A DNA stretch of 58,004 bases, the filler included, from Bipalium vagum (Eukaryota), in NCBI GenBank assembly GCA_037834085.1. It is 3 parts of 3 records of this genome, joined end to end, with 100 filler letters (N's around TTAATTAATTAA, not from the genome) between each part and the next. Parts side by side here need not be neighbours in the genome. Positions count along the whole stretch, not along the records: positions 1 to 17,855 come from JBBMKC010048464.1; positions 17,956 to 42,335 come from JBBMKC010201494.1; 1 more part is not named here. The stretch is one strand, 5' to 3'. Under the pieces are notes generated by a model. That model was not told the origin of the DNA, did not search any database, and saw only the letters and a list, made by a program, of their open reading frames with translations. Numbering within the stretch: position 1 is the first letter of the stretch; every line of letters starts with the position of its first letter. Positions 13,158 through 25,879 of the stretch are shown in pieces. Both the position numbers and the translations under genes were made by a program.

Positions 13158-15573
13158 TTATGATTTTCTTCAGATTATTGAATCTAAACAGAAAATTCTA
13201 TCGGAAATTCCAACTCATATTTTCACCAAAGAAAAGGTTTTACGTCTCTTTCTAAATGGAGGTTAGATAAAAACACACAGTTCATTTAATTGAAAATAAA
13301 TATCAAATGTGAGGTTTTTATTTTTTTTAACGAATTTTAACGAAAAGTAATAATAATTAAAGAAAACAAGATTTTCTTTGTAGACAATAAAATAATTTTT
13401 AAATGTTATTATTTTGAGTTACCCACTTAATGATCTTCTTACATATTCTAGATAACGTTCATATTTTTTTTATTGTTAATAGGGCAATAGGTTTAACTTA
13501 GCTTCTGATATGGAACAACGGTTTTGTTCTACGGTCTTGATCCATATCTAAATCTAATTATATCAAACATCACACTGACAACCCATTGGTTTTTACTTTC
13601 ACCAGGTTTGGAAGTTTATCTATGATTGTCGATCTTTTATCTTATTAAAATTTTTTAGATCAAAATGATCAAAAGATTTGCGAATCATTATTATTAAAAG
13701 AGCGACATTTATTTTTACTTTTTTAAAAATATTTTTTACCAAATCTGATTTAAAATGATAAAACCAGACTATATTTTCCCCTTCAAATTCGTAAAAATAA
13801 TATCTGGTTGAGTTAAACAAACTTTCTAAAAAAGAAATTTATCCAAAATACTTAAATGAAATTAACTGAAAAATTGGAAACTGTTTAAAATTTATGTTTT
13901 TCTATTGGTCAAACATATAATTATTGATTTTATACTATATTATATTTAATTAAGGTATACCCTGATAAAATAACCTTTGTGGGATCATATCAATTATAAT
14001 TAAAGCAAATTAAAATAAAACAGAGAAAAGTTCTTAACAAAATTAAACCGCAACTTGATTCTCATTTCATGTCTGTCATATAAGACCATTTTAATTTTTG
14101 TTTTAATAACAAATTATTATAGTTTGTCATAATTTAATAAATTATAATTAATTTTAATAAATTAAAAAAATTAATTTGACAAATGTGAATAACATGTTTT
14201 AATCTTAAGGGCAGTAATAGAAGAATCAAATTAATTTAAAAGAGATAATTTCTTTGAAAACATTTTAGATAAATAATCGAATAATAATAAAAGATTCTGA
14301 TATTAGATAAACAAATTGTTTCTGTTTATCTGTAATTGGGGAAATAGTAATTTTTATATTGACCATTATACCTTGAATATTACTTTACTGAATAGTGCAA
14401 GAAAATACTGTGATAATATTAAATAAAGTGAATATAAATTTAATCATTTGATTTATTTATTAATTTTTTTCCATATTTTGAAAAAAAATTTTTTTTCGTC
14501 GACACCTGGGCCCAATTTTAGACACTCTGTAAATGCCATGGAAATATTGTGCATTTTAGAGATGCACCAATGAAATTTCTTTTTAGTGTGCTAAATGTAA
14601 AAATAATAATTATCAAATAAAATTCTGGGATGAACATGGAAAACATGGGAATAATTCAGACGTTTACATACATCATTTCATGTTTTGATTGATTAAATAT
14701 TATCTACGACTTTCACTCAATTTTACCAAATTAAAGAGAAAATTCATCACTGAAAAACGTCTATGAAAATATTTAGAAATGATTTCATAATGGAAAATAA
14801 AAAAAAATCAATATTAAAAAATCAATACAACAATTATTATATTTTATACAAATATCTTATTTATTTTTTATTTTTATTATAATTAAAAACAGTATCAATA
14901 ATATTTATTTTAAAAAATAGTTGTTCTAATTATGTTGAGAAAGAAAAAATTATTTTGAAATATTTAATATTTATTGATTTTTTTTATTATTTATTTTTCT
15001 TGTTACTGGCTTTGAGATATTAGGGTTTTTGATACAGCACAGTTTAATGATTTTTGCAATAAGGGAATATAGTGATAAGCAAAATGAACATTAAGAATTA
15101 AATAATCCGTTGTCAATTCAAGAAGCTTAATTCTACCCACCGGTGTTTAAAATAACATGTCCCATGTTCAAATATTAGGAAATTAAATATCCTGGAACAT
15201 CGATGTCCTGACGGCCGACGACCGGCGATCATTCTCCAATGGTAGATTTACTCAAATTCCACTTTTTCTAATGGTAAGTGGGTTTTCCAACCACAAAAGC
15301 ATATTAAATTTCTGAAATGAATTCAGAGTCTGGAATAAAACATTAAGGTCTAAATCCATTTAATTTTCAATTTAATTTTTATCAGAATTTCATATGTCAT
15401 GAATTACGCTGTACACCTTCCAAAGTACATTAACAGTAATATAAAGAAGGGATTCTTTTTTCTTTTTAATAGATACACAGAGATCCATGAAGGGTAACTA
15501 TATATTAAAGTAATTAGTGATTGGAGTAAGCTGAATATAACTTAATTTTATTATCACGAACCGAGAGCCAATT

Positions 15574-15690
15574 AAGGTTAAAGATGGTACATTTTGTCAA
15601 GAATTATTTGTTTTAATTATCTGTGGTTATGAATCCTCAAATTCATGAAATTAATTCATTTGGTTTTAAGAATGATTTTATCTGAAAATA
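15574..15690 (-). repeat. Dispersed repeat, copy 2
   Basis: Inverted homologue of 13050-13157. Confidence 0.8.
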
Positions 15691-15938
15691 TATCAGAATT
15701 TAATTTAAAAAACCCTGTGATATTATTCGAGTTTTGTTTGTTTAATCTCAATTTAATGACTGATAAAAATTGATTTTATAATAGATATCAATTAATAAAT
15801 AACGTTAATTAATATAAAAAATAATTAAAAATATTCATCATACGGTTTGGAAAAACATTTTAATTTTTTTTAAAAAAATATTTGGCAATTATTGTCTCCA
15901 AAACTCTTGACAAGGAAAAATTATTAATAAAATAATAC

Positions 15939-16008
15939 TTTTGCTAAGTCAACCAAAGTGTTCGAATTGTCTTGCAATTTTCGTTGATCGATTTTCACTT
16001 GCCTCATT
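15939..16008 (-). CDS. KCNN: SK channel, calmodulin-binding-domain exon
   Basis: 70-nt exon bounded by atttag / gtatta; [23 protein letters not shown] closely matches SK [23 protein letters not shown]; phase-0 join to the 4604 exon over an 11.3-kb intron. Confidence 0.93.
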
Positions 16009-16299
16009 CTAAATAAATTGACATGAAATATAGAGATATTAATTAAATTATGTTGATTTAAATTAATACAGATTGGTTAAAATAGAAAAAAATATTTCAA
16101 TTTTTGATTGGTTCTCAGTAAACTTTTTCTGTATATAAAGAATGATGAAAATATTCTAGGTGGACAGTAGGGTAGGCCACTCGCAAATCAGTGAGGCAGG
16201 AATTTTTAAGATTTCCTTCAATTATCATTGGTACTCATAAGTAATGTCGTTTTTATCAAAAGATGTAAATATGTATATATTTTTAAAAACAACAACATT

Positions 16300-17060
16300 T
16301 AATCAAGCAAGGAATCACCATCACGTTCTATGACTTTCCTCCATCTGCTTATCAAATTTCAATACCATTTTAAAAATAATTTTATTTCAGCAGTTAATGT
16401 ACTCAAGAAAGGTATTTTCACATTCTCATAGACTTATAAAAATTTCCATTTAGGAATTGGTGCTATGATCTGAAGAGATGAAAATCAGACTGAGTGAAAA
16501 TCTTTCATCCAAGCTCATTAATATTTTCTTTAGTTATCCTTGCAACATGGTGTCTGGCATTGGCATGAAAGATGATAAAATTTCTTCTATTGAGAAAGAC
16601 CGGGTGATTTTTTCTGCAATATCTACTTCAATAATATTTTTTAGTTTTTTTTCCCTAGGTTTAGGTATTGTAAAGTAAATGTTCCATCAACACACAAAAT
16701 ATCCACGGATATTTTGATTAGAATTTTTTCCTGGGTGGTTCTCAACTGGAAAGCCATTGTTTTCTCTTAACTGAGATTATAAAGTACCCATCTACCGGAA
16801 TTCAGAAACTTCTCAATGGATTTCAAATGCCGTTGTATTGCTGCCTATGAGATAATCGTTATTTATAAAATTTCCTAAATTGTTCTAGTAAAAAAATTCT
16901 TCCACAACAGCCAAACATTATCTTTATCACACTTCCAAAAAGTCAAAATTTCCTCTGAAATTTGTTACACCATCGTTGACACGTACAAACAACTAAGAAA
17001 TACAGATAGATTTTATTGATATTTGCAGATGACGTCCTTACGTTATGACCACAATTATAC
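16300..17060 (-). mobile_element. Degenerate mariner
   Basis: FLNRRNFIIFHANARHHVARITKENINELG*...SDFHLFRS = HDNARPH and SDFHLF motifs. Confidence 0.78.
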
Positions 17061-17789
17061 TAAAACAACATACAATGTATAATGTGACCCTCTTCAATCA
17101 TTTTATATTGATTAATCACAATTTCTCTTTTTTTACTAATTGTTAAATTCCGCAAAAATGGATTAATGATTTATAAATTTAAGAAATAACTAAAATAACT
17201 ATTTATTGGTAATAATTCTAGATAAAACTAAGAAATTCAGCTAATTTGAATTTTCAGATAAAATCGACATTACTATGGGTACCATTAATAATTCAAAAAT
17301 AGTAACAACAACTAACGTTAACAAATAATTTTTATAAATGTCATCCTTCAAAAATCTGAATGGAGAATTAAAAAGTGAAGTGAAGAAAAATGCATTACTT
17401 AAAATATCCTTTCTTCCAGGGTCAAGGTGAAGTTGATCATTTCATTAGCACATAGTGAAAAATCTTCAGCGGAAAGTATTCAAATGAAATGGTTCTATTG
17501 CAAATGTTTGTTATAGTGTCGTTCTAATTTAAACGAATTCACTGATTACGATTTCTTAAATTGATTTATAATTTTTATGAACTATTATTATCTCTGAAAA
17601 ATATCTCTAAAACCTTTTAAGGTATGTGATAATTAAAATTAATTTTTCACCTTCCACAATATTAAAAAACTTAGTATTTTATATTATGAAATTACATTTC
17701 AGAACTTTTGAATCAATATAAATATTATTGATATTAAAATTAATCAGGATAAAAAATAAATATATAATATATTTAATTTATATATAATA

Positions 17790-17855
17790 ATAATATAATA
17801 ATATAATAATATAATAATATAATAATATAATAATATAATAATATAATAATATAAT
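17790..17855 (+). repeat. (AATATAAT)n tandem repeat running into a gap
   Basis: 8-bp unit read directly. Confidence 0.9.
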
Positions 17856-17955
17856 NNNNNNNNNNNNNNNNNNNNNNNNNNNNNNNNNNNNNNNNNNNNT
17901 TAATTAATTAANNNNNNNNNNNNNNNNNNNNNNNNNNNNNNNNNNNNNNNNNNNN
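17856..17955. other. Artificial contig linker (44 N + TTAATTAATTAA + 44 N)
   Basis: Exactly 100 bp, stops in all six frames, identical to 42336-42435. Confidence 0.97.
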
Positions 17956-18658
17956 CGCAAAATATAAATTTAATGATATATTTAAACAAAAACTATTTTC
18001 GATGCCTTTATATAAAGAATAATAATTATCCAAAATATCATTTACATATTTAAATTTTTTCGGTCCATTCTAAGGACTTTTCAGCCCAACCATGTATATT
18101 AACAACATTATTATCATAGTGATAATAAAATAATAAAAATATTAAATAATAATGATAATCATTATTAAATATTAACAATAAATTTGTTATTATTAATAAT
18201 ATTATCATAATAATAAAATAATCAATAATAAAATATCAATAATCTCTTGAACCAATACCAAATTAAAAATATTGATGAAAAATAATAATCGCAATATTGA
18301 TTAATGATCTTAAAAAAACTCTTTGAACATTGTATGGTATCATTTCTAATACCCGTTCCCCTTTCTCTTTCAATGAAGGGTATCATATTTAAAATTTTTC
18401 TCTTCGAAATGTTCACATTTGTACAATCTGATATTACTGAAGCTCAGCTACAAACTTTGTTGACTTTCTGAACTGAAAGACACATTAACCAGAATTTATG
18501 TTTGCCGTAGTCTTGGTAATACTTCCAACGTGTACATACTCCATAGTTTGGTTTATTGTACATATAATATTGAGTAAACAGAGGTAAGAGAATAAAAATA
18601 ACTGCCACCTTAGACTGGATCTCCAGATGGTCCACGGAGAACACATCAATCAAAAAAT

Positions 18659-19134
18659 TGATAAACTCTATATTCTCAATAATTACTTTACAAGGAATAC
18701 TATTTCCACAGAATTTTCAGTCAACTTTCGTATTAATTGTTCACTAACTAGTGTATCAAAATTGAATTAAATTAGCTGAGTCTTTACAGTTGCTCAGAAA
18801 TAGCTTTCTGGTGGGGAACTCAAACACGATCCGAGGGTTGGGCACAGTAAAAATATACTTGGAATTCTCTGATAGTCTCCTCCGAATAGGGATTGTCTTT
18901 TCCGATTAACGATTGTCTAATTTCTCGTTGTCGTCTGCTTGTTGAGGGCAAATTTATGGATCCTTCTCCTTATATAGTATTTTGGTCGACGACTAATCAG
19001 TTGTAGACCAATTTTATTAATGGGAAATGTCAATTTCCCTTTTAGGATCATTAATCTTAAATCGGTCCCTCCTTGAGGATCCTGATATAATCTTGGCAAT
19101 TTAGGTTCGCCATTGTCAAGATTAGATCCCAACA
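18659..19134 (-). mobile_element. Candidate solo LTR (476 bp)
   Basis: TGTTGGG...TTTATCA termini, ATTTTT on both flanks, internal CTATATAAGGAG TATA-like box; the TSD is low-complexity. Confidence 0.35.
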
Positions 19135-19163
19135 AAAAATAATTTATTGCCTTTTTTCCCTTT

Positions 19164-19847
19164 TTAATTAGCTAAAATTATTATTCTTAGTATTATTATT
19201 ATGAATCCTTCGTTGGCCATGTTCTTCTTCGTTACACTAGCTTCAGTGTTTTTCTTTTTGGAAATTGTTTCATTTGCCGCAGCTTTTTCTTTCCTGGAAT
19301 CAGTAGCGTAAAACATATTAGAAGGTACCGCTGGCTTCAAAATTCTTGAAAAAAAGCACTGCAAAGTCATTTGAATCAATTTTCCGTACATTTCAAAGTC
19401 GAACACGTTTTTTGTGAGTTGATATTTGCATAACATTGTGTTGTGATCATTGTTGCGTAACATGTTCGAGAATGTTCTGGCATTTTTAATATTTTCTTTG
19501 AATTTTCCTTCGCTTTCGGATTGAGCAGTCGAATTCTCTTCCTTATCCATTGGAAGGCTGCAAGATTTTAAAATCTCAGATTTTCTTTCCATAAATTCCA
19601 TTAGCACTGAATTCAGAGATTCTTCGATGGCCTTTATAATTGATTCATCCATAAAGGTCGCATTATCTTCATTATGCAACGCATCATTAGAGTTGGCATT
19701 GATTAAGTAATTATTCGACTTGCACATTTTTTTCAAATTTTCGTTCGTCATCATCGTTAGCACCTCATTCAAACAAGCACTTGAATCGTTATATTTCTTT
19801 GAGTTAAAGTTCGCATTTTGGTAAGAGAAAATATTTTTCCTTGACAC
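19164..19847 (-). CDS. Unassigned 227-codon ORF (exon of an unknown gene or TE-derived)
   Basis: Long stop-free frame in AT-rich DNA, hydrophilic N/K/E/S-rich, preceded by a pyrimidine tract; no recognisable domain. Confidence 0.35.
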   Translation of the reverse strand: MSRKNIFSYQNANFNSKKYNDSSACLNEVLTMMTNENLKKMCKSNNYLINANSNDALHNEDNATFMDESIIKAIEESLNSVLMEFMERKSEILKSCSLPMDKEENSTAQSESEGKFKENIKNARTFSNMLRNNDHNTMLCKYQLTKNVFDFEMYGKLIQMTLQCFFSRILKPAVPSNMFYATDSRKEKAAANETISKKKNTEASVTKKNMANEGFIIIILRIIILAN

Positions 19848-20164
19848 GGTATAAGAATTAAATAAAGTAAATAAAAAAGTATTATTTATGACAATGAATA
19901 AATTTTAAAATTGAAACCTTTTTTTTTATTAATAACGATTTAATTTTGTTTTTTCGGAACCAGGTGATTATTTATTAAGTTTATATTCAAAAGTTAAATA
20001 AGAACAAGAAATAAAAGGCGAAAAAAATCCATGGTTTAAAATTTTACTGTTTAATGAATTTTATATTTTTAAGTAATGGAAGAATAATTTTATTTGGATT
20101 AATGTAATTTCCGTTCTTATTTATGGGTTTCGCTTACATTTCCACCACAATCACTAAACCCATT

Positions 20165-20807
20165 TATTGGGTTAAGGAATAAGTAAGTTCGTTTTTTAAA
20201 TAAATATTTAAATCATAACAATAACAAGGTTATTTAATCTTAATCAATAATATATTCTTCATCGGTTTGAACAACTTGAGAACATCTCTGTACTAAATCT
20301 TCAATACCTTTGCGATAAAATTCCCGTGGTTTTGAATCAAAAAATGCCGAGATCTCCGTTTCGATATCCTCTTTACCTTTGAATTAATAGATCTTATGAA
20401 ATTAATTAATCAATAGAAGGAAATTGATCAAGATGTTGGCCGGTATGTGGAGTGCCTTGAAAGTTGAATGTTTCATTTTCGAATTTCTCGTATCAATATT
20501 GTGTAATAGTTCAGTTTAAAACATGTTTGCGTACACATTACAAGTTTCATAGACCACTTCTGCAACTTTATGATTAAAATAAAATACCAATAGATGGCGA
20601 AAATGGTTGTTTTAATATACTTGGCAATGTACTTCAAAACTGTACCAATATGTAAATAAAATGAAATGGCATCAAACACTTTACTGTACCTTTGTAGAGA
20701 AGTAAAAGATTTGTCAAATCAATATATTTGATATTCAATAAATACGATATCGTAAAACAAAACGATAAAATAATAAAATCACAAACAAATTATGTCACAG
20801 CCTAATA
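20165..20807 (-). mobile_element. Internally deleted mariner
   Basis: KEDIETEISAFFDSKPREFYRKGIEDLVQRCSQVVQTDEEYI* (mariner C-terminus); TATTGGG/TATTAGG-type ends on both sides. Confidence 0.78.
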
Positions 20808-21384
20808 TTTTGTCAATCTCCACCAATGACTTATTAATGAACAAAAACGGACACTTTGAAAATGACACTGGGGAAAAGCTTTTCATCAGTAAGAAGTGAG
20901 TGATTTTTCATGGGGACAATGAACACAAATTGGAAAATAAAATTAATTTCATTTAAATATTTACATCTTTAATTACAACTTATTCGTCAGTTATTTTTGT
21001 TCGTTATTAAAAATCAATAATTATCATTGGTTTTTAATATTAAAAAGTATTTTGAATTTATTCATCGTTATAAAATTGAATTATTGAAATATTTAAACAA
21101 ACAACGAGTTTTATTGTTAATTTCTTTTAAAGTAAAATTTATAAAAAAAAGAAGCAGTTTAAATGATATTTTTTTCTGTTAAACTTAATTTAATTTTAAT
21201 TATATTTTAAAGAAATGAAAACAACAAAAAATAATTTTTATTCTTATATGAAAATATTTGAATTTACTAAATACATCACCCAGGGGTTTTCTTTTAGCAT
21301 TGTTAAGTAAGAATCGTTCATGTAATTATAATCCTAATGGAAAATGAAAACTCAAAATTCATTTATTATTTGATTTGAAAAAGA

Positions 21385-21615
21385 ATGACGTCAACTAATA
21401 TAAAAATATTTATAATAAATGGAATCAAAATGGGAATGGATATTAATGCTCTTATCTTAACGGGTTATAACCTTCTAAAGATGATGGACGACTGGATAAG
21501 ACTGGAATCAGTGTTTGATAAGACTTATCTTGAAATTGAGGTAATTGATTCAATTAAATATGGTAGATTATGTCAGTGGGGACACTGTCATGATAAGGAA
21601 ATCTTAATGTTGTGA
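21385..21615 (+). mobile_element. Possible LINE endonuclease remnant
   Basis: DINALILTGYNLLK loosely resembles the APE-endonuclease l.i.GY.l.R.DR segment. Confidence 0.28.
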
Positions 21616-24371
21616 ACTTCAGTGGAAACGTTTCAGAAAGTCTTGAAAAAAAGGAACATTCATTAAAAAATTACAATTCATATACTTTTTATCTGAAAAA
21701 CAATCTCAGATTTTTTGGTTATATTTTCAATTTAATTTTATTAAAAAAAATATCGTAAGAGATTATCTCGAATAGACGCGTTTTTAAACAAAAAATTGCA
21801 AAAAATCTGTAACATTATTTTTGTTTTAATAACATGAAAGGATAAAAGAATAGAGAAATAGACGTAAATATATGTTTGAAAATTGTTTTAATATCAGAAT
21901 TCGTGATTGCTTCATTAAACACAATAAAAAGCTCGTACTATTTCTAAATTTGATTAAAACAAAAAATCAATAAATTCACGAAAGGATTTTTTGTACGAAA
22001 GTTTATTAAAAGATATTTTAAAATTTGAAAAAAAAATCAAAAAGAAAAATTATTTTTATTATTATATTTTAAAATCATGGAAATTTATAAAATGAAGCAG
22101 GAAATTAAAATCAATAATTTTTCAGATATCAAAACATTTATTTACTCATTTTACACTTAAATAATATCGTCTTTTACATGAAAACTTTAGATAAAGGGGG
22201 ACCCAGAAAACAGCCTTTCAAAAACAGCTTTATTCCATAAATGTTAAAAAATTTTATGATCAATATTCACATCAAACGTTCACCATGTCACAAAATAATC
22301 AATTTATGAGTCAGCCTACATGTTGTCTGCTCTCCCAAGACAACTGTTCTAAGAACATTTTTATTTTATGCTTAGATCTGAATGATTTCATTCTTTCCTT
22401 TGACTCCATATTTCCCAAGGCTCTGCTCCAAACAGATATTGGTAATTTTATTACACGAGGGGAGTTTTTCCACGCATAATGGCGAAGTTCTTGTCATTGA
22501 TGTTTGTCCTTCAGATTGACTGATTTAAGCAAGATATCATGAAACTGTGATTATATTCAAAATATATTTCATAGTATAAAAAATATTTACATAAAATATG
22601 CGTCATTAATTTTGAAAATATTATCGATTACTTTAAATATATTGATTTTTTGTTAATCAAATAATCTTTCCAATAGTAATGAAATATATACCTAAAAATC
22701 GACAAGTTATTACGGACTAGCTCAAAATATAGAAATAATTTACTAAATAATAATAATAAAAGTTTATTTGTCCCCTAGCGTTTCTGTTCACGTTTCATTT
22801 AAATCGAAATATCAATAAATAAAATATAATCACTGTGCAATAAATAATTTATTTATTGCAGATTTTCAACTAAAATTTTACGAAACAGCCCATCCTCTCA
22901 TTTTTAATCTTGAAAATATATTATCACAATATTTTCCCAATTCTAGTCTCAAAACGTAGGGTAGACGAATCAATTTTATTTTTAAGACTAAATATAATTT
23001 AACAAATCGCTCATAATGATAAATATAACAAGCAGAAACGATGAAAAATGTCTACGAGTCAATCATGCAAAAGCGGAAATACAGTTGAAAAGGTCATGGA
23101 AAGCGGAAACGACAAATTTCCATTAGGTAAAGCCCCAGATGTATTCACTGCAGCTACATGTGTAGCAATTAAGAGTCTCCTGATCTAGAGTATTGGAAAC
23201 ATACATTTCCTTTACTAAGTACTTTATGATATCAATTATAACTTTGCTCCCCAACGCATAATTAACGTTTCACCAATTAATCGCCATCGACACCCGTCCT
23301 CAATAATGCAAGAATATTGTCCATTATGTAAATAATCAATTATTATATGAAAAATTAATCATTTCCCAACCTATTTTTGATATTTTAATGGCAGACTTTG
23401 GAAAAATAAATTAATAAAAATAATAATAAAAAATATATATTTTATGTAAAAATTTTTTCTATTTTTTTTGTTTTAGGCTCTTTTTATTATTAATCTTTGC
23501 CAAGTATGTGGTCGTAGATTAAGCTCTTCTACAACTACAATATTATACAAGAATGAAACATAATAGACTACTATAAAGGATTAGATTAACATTACGTTCA
23601 TGCAAATATCATTAAATATTCTTTTATCACAGTTTGTAGAGATTGATTTTGAACAGATCCTGGCCAATGAAATTTGTTGTGGACAACTCTTCAAATAAGA
23701 CATCGAATGTTGGTATCAGTCTTAACTTTATTTCCTTGTATTGGGAAATTTAGAGTTCTATGGAGACTGAGTTGATTAGATCAAGAGATTCGAATGGATT
23801 CTTATCTTTAAGGAGCGATCTGATTGGATTGAGGTGATTAGTGAAACCAGCTAGTGCAACAGGCAAACAAATTTCCAAGAGTAAAACATTAGCAATCAAA
23901 GAGATAAAGTTTTGTAAACCAATCGGAATTTTAAAGAGTTGAAAGAAACTGGAAATAGGATGATAGGATTTATGAGGAGAATAGGATGTCTAAAATATAA
24001 TATCGATGATAAACTAATGGAAAGATACAAGTTTTTCAATTAATGATATTTCCGAATATTGCTGGTTTATCAAGTGGAAACCAAAATATGAGTTCTCTAC
24101 AGGTTATATTGCATGACAGTATTTAAGACGTAGCCGAACTACACACATTGTATGGTATATTTAGCACACCAGGCTCTCATATCTGATCCAATTGATTTGT
24201 GCTTTCATTTTCCTTTTATAACGGTTGGCCCATCAAAATAGAGACAAAATTAATCAATTAGTATATGTATTGAAATAAAATAATCTTTAACGATTTGTTC
24301 GAATTATCCAGTAATAAAATTTCATTAATTATAATTTCAAAAATTAACGCATTTGTTTAAGCATATGATAA

Positions 24372-24930
24372 ATGGACACTTTGATTAAAGAAGCACATCA
24401 ACGAGTAATTTTGACGTTTTTTCAGAATAATGTGGATCATAGAAAACGTTGCACCGACAAGCACTTTAGTGCAAAGATTATGCGGCCCAGTACATCCTAT
24501 CGGATTCTGAAACTTACGGACAATCAATGTAATGTTGTCAGAAACCCAGGAAGTGGGAGATCTAACAAAAAGATTAATGGTTATCAACTCCGAGCACTCA
24601 AAGCCATTTCTATCACAGTTTTGGTGTGTTTTCTCGTAGATTTGCATTTAGATTTAAAGTTGGCAGATCTACAATCGACAGAGAACTCCAGAACCAAAGA
24701 ACCACACCTGAACAAATCAATAGGAGCTCAAGGCCTTTCCAAAACAGTTGCAAAGATTTGAGAAAAAAGTTAACAATCATGAGTCATGATCGACTATTCG
24801 AAATTAACAGATTCTATACGTTGGACTGTACCTGTGGAGGTCAAATATACACGTCAAAAGAAGTTTCCACAAAGGCTCTATATGGGTCGGCCACCCGTAA
24901 TCAGCAAGGTGGACTTCATTTATTAAAAAA
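24372..24930 (+). mobile_element. Tc1-like transposase 5' remnant
   Basis: HTH region with STSYRILK and RNPGSGRS (GSGRP-like) motif, followed by frameshifts. Confidence 0.6.
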
Positions 24931-24935
24931 CCGTC

Positions 24936-24993
<58 letters not shown>
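24936..24993 (+). repeat. (ATT)n microsatellite
   Basis: Read directly. Confidence 0.98.
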
Positions 24994-25635
24994 CATGTAC
25001 AAAAATGTTCAGGTAAACAAAATCAAAAGTGGAGGCAAATTAAAACACAACGAATAATATGAAAATATATTTTGAAAGCCAAAGGGGGATTAGCCTTTAC
25101 TTAATAATTACAGATATGGAAACTGAAGATCAATCAAAATTATTGTTGCAACTGAACTGAAACAGGAAATCCAAAACTGGCCTTTGTAGTGTTATCAATG
25201 AAATTGAAAACATCATCTATTTTACATTTTAATCTTATATTTTATTAAAATTTGTTCATAAAAACGTTTCCAATTAAAACAATTAATTATCTTCAATTTC
25301 TCCAAGATTTGGCAATGATACTGAATGTAATAATAATTTATTATCATTTTTGATACAGACTTTAATTATACGTTGGGTTTTCTTTGTTTGAAATTATTGT
25401 GGCGCGCGTAATACAAATCAAAGAAAACAATTTTCTTGAAAGAGGCATCCACAAAGGCTCAGTGGAAACAGAGATATTTGTAAAAGACTGTTTCCTTTTG
25501 CTTTCAAATATATATATGTGACTTGATAATCATGCAGGCAATCATTGAATGTGGTGAATTCACAAAACTGTAACAGCGAGGTTTCAGATGTTATAACATC
25601 CTTTTTACCTTACGAAGAAAATCTGCCATTATAAT

Positions 25636-25829
25636 TGTTAGTTGAAAATTAATCGGAGATACCGGGATTCGATGCCGGGATCTTCACATGCGCATGGACT
25701 GCTCTAACCGCTGAGCTACATCTCCGACTAATTTCAATTTATCTCACATTCCCCTCCTTTAAACCTCACATCCATATCCTTAACCGCTCCAAGTCTCTTA
25801 ATTCCATTTCCATTTCAATTTATCTCACA
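25636..25829 (-). mobile_element. Deleted LTR retroelement: 18-bp 5' LTR stub, 63-bp internal piece with PPT, and a 113-bp 3' LTR carrying a tRNA-like unit
   Basis: 5-bp TSD ATAAT (25631-35 and 25830-34); TG...CA termini; identical 18-mer at 25731-48 and 25812-29; PPT AAAGGAGGGGAA (25760-25749) abuts the TG of the 3' LTR. Confidence 0.72.
25654..25725 (-). pseudogene. tRNA-Ala(CGC)-like sequence inside the LTR, probably not a decoding tRNA
   Basis: GGAGATG-TA-GCTC AGCGGTTA GAGC...CCGGC ATCGAAT CCCGG-TATCTCC-G: acceptor and D stems pair, A box intact, CGC at the anticodon position; the anticodon stem does not pair and the T stem has a mismatch. Confidence 0.8.
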
Positions 25830-25879
25830 ATAATTATACACAGTGTGATTGTATTGATTCAGTGGAAGTGTCATAATTT

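Noticed and set aside
22200-24250. GC-richer patches (also 55340-55690 and 57480-58004)
   Set aside because: Stops in all frames I translated and no diagnostic motifs. Probably old TE debris that I cannot classify.
24626-25057. ORF with a poly-Ile 'transmembrane' run
   Set aside because: Translation of an (ATT)n microsatellite fused to a Tc1 remnant.
25654-25725. Functional tRNA-Ala gene
   Set aside because: The anticodon stem does not pair, the T stem and B box are altered, and it is embedded in an LTR-like unit.
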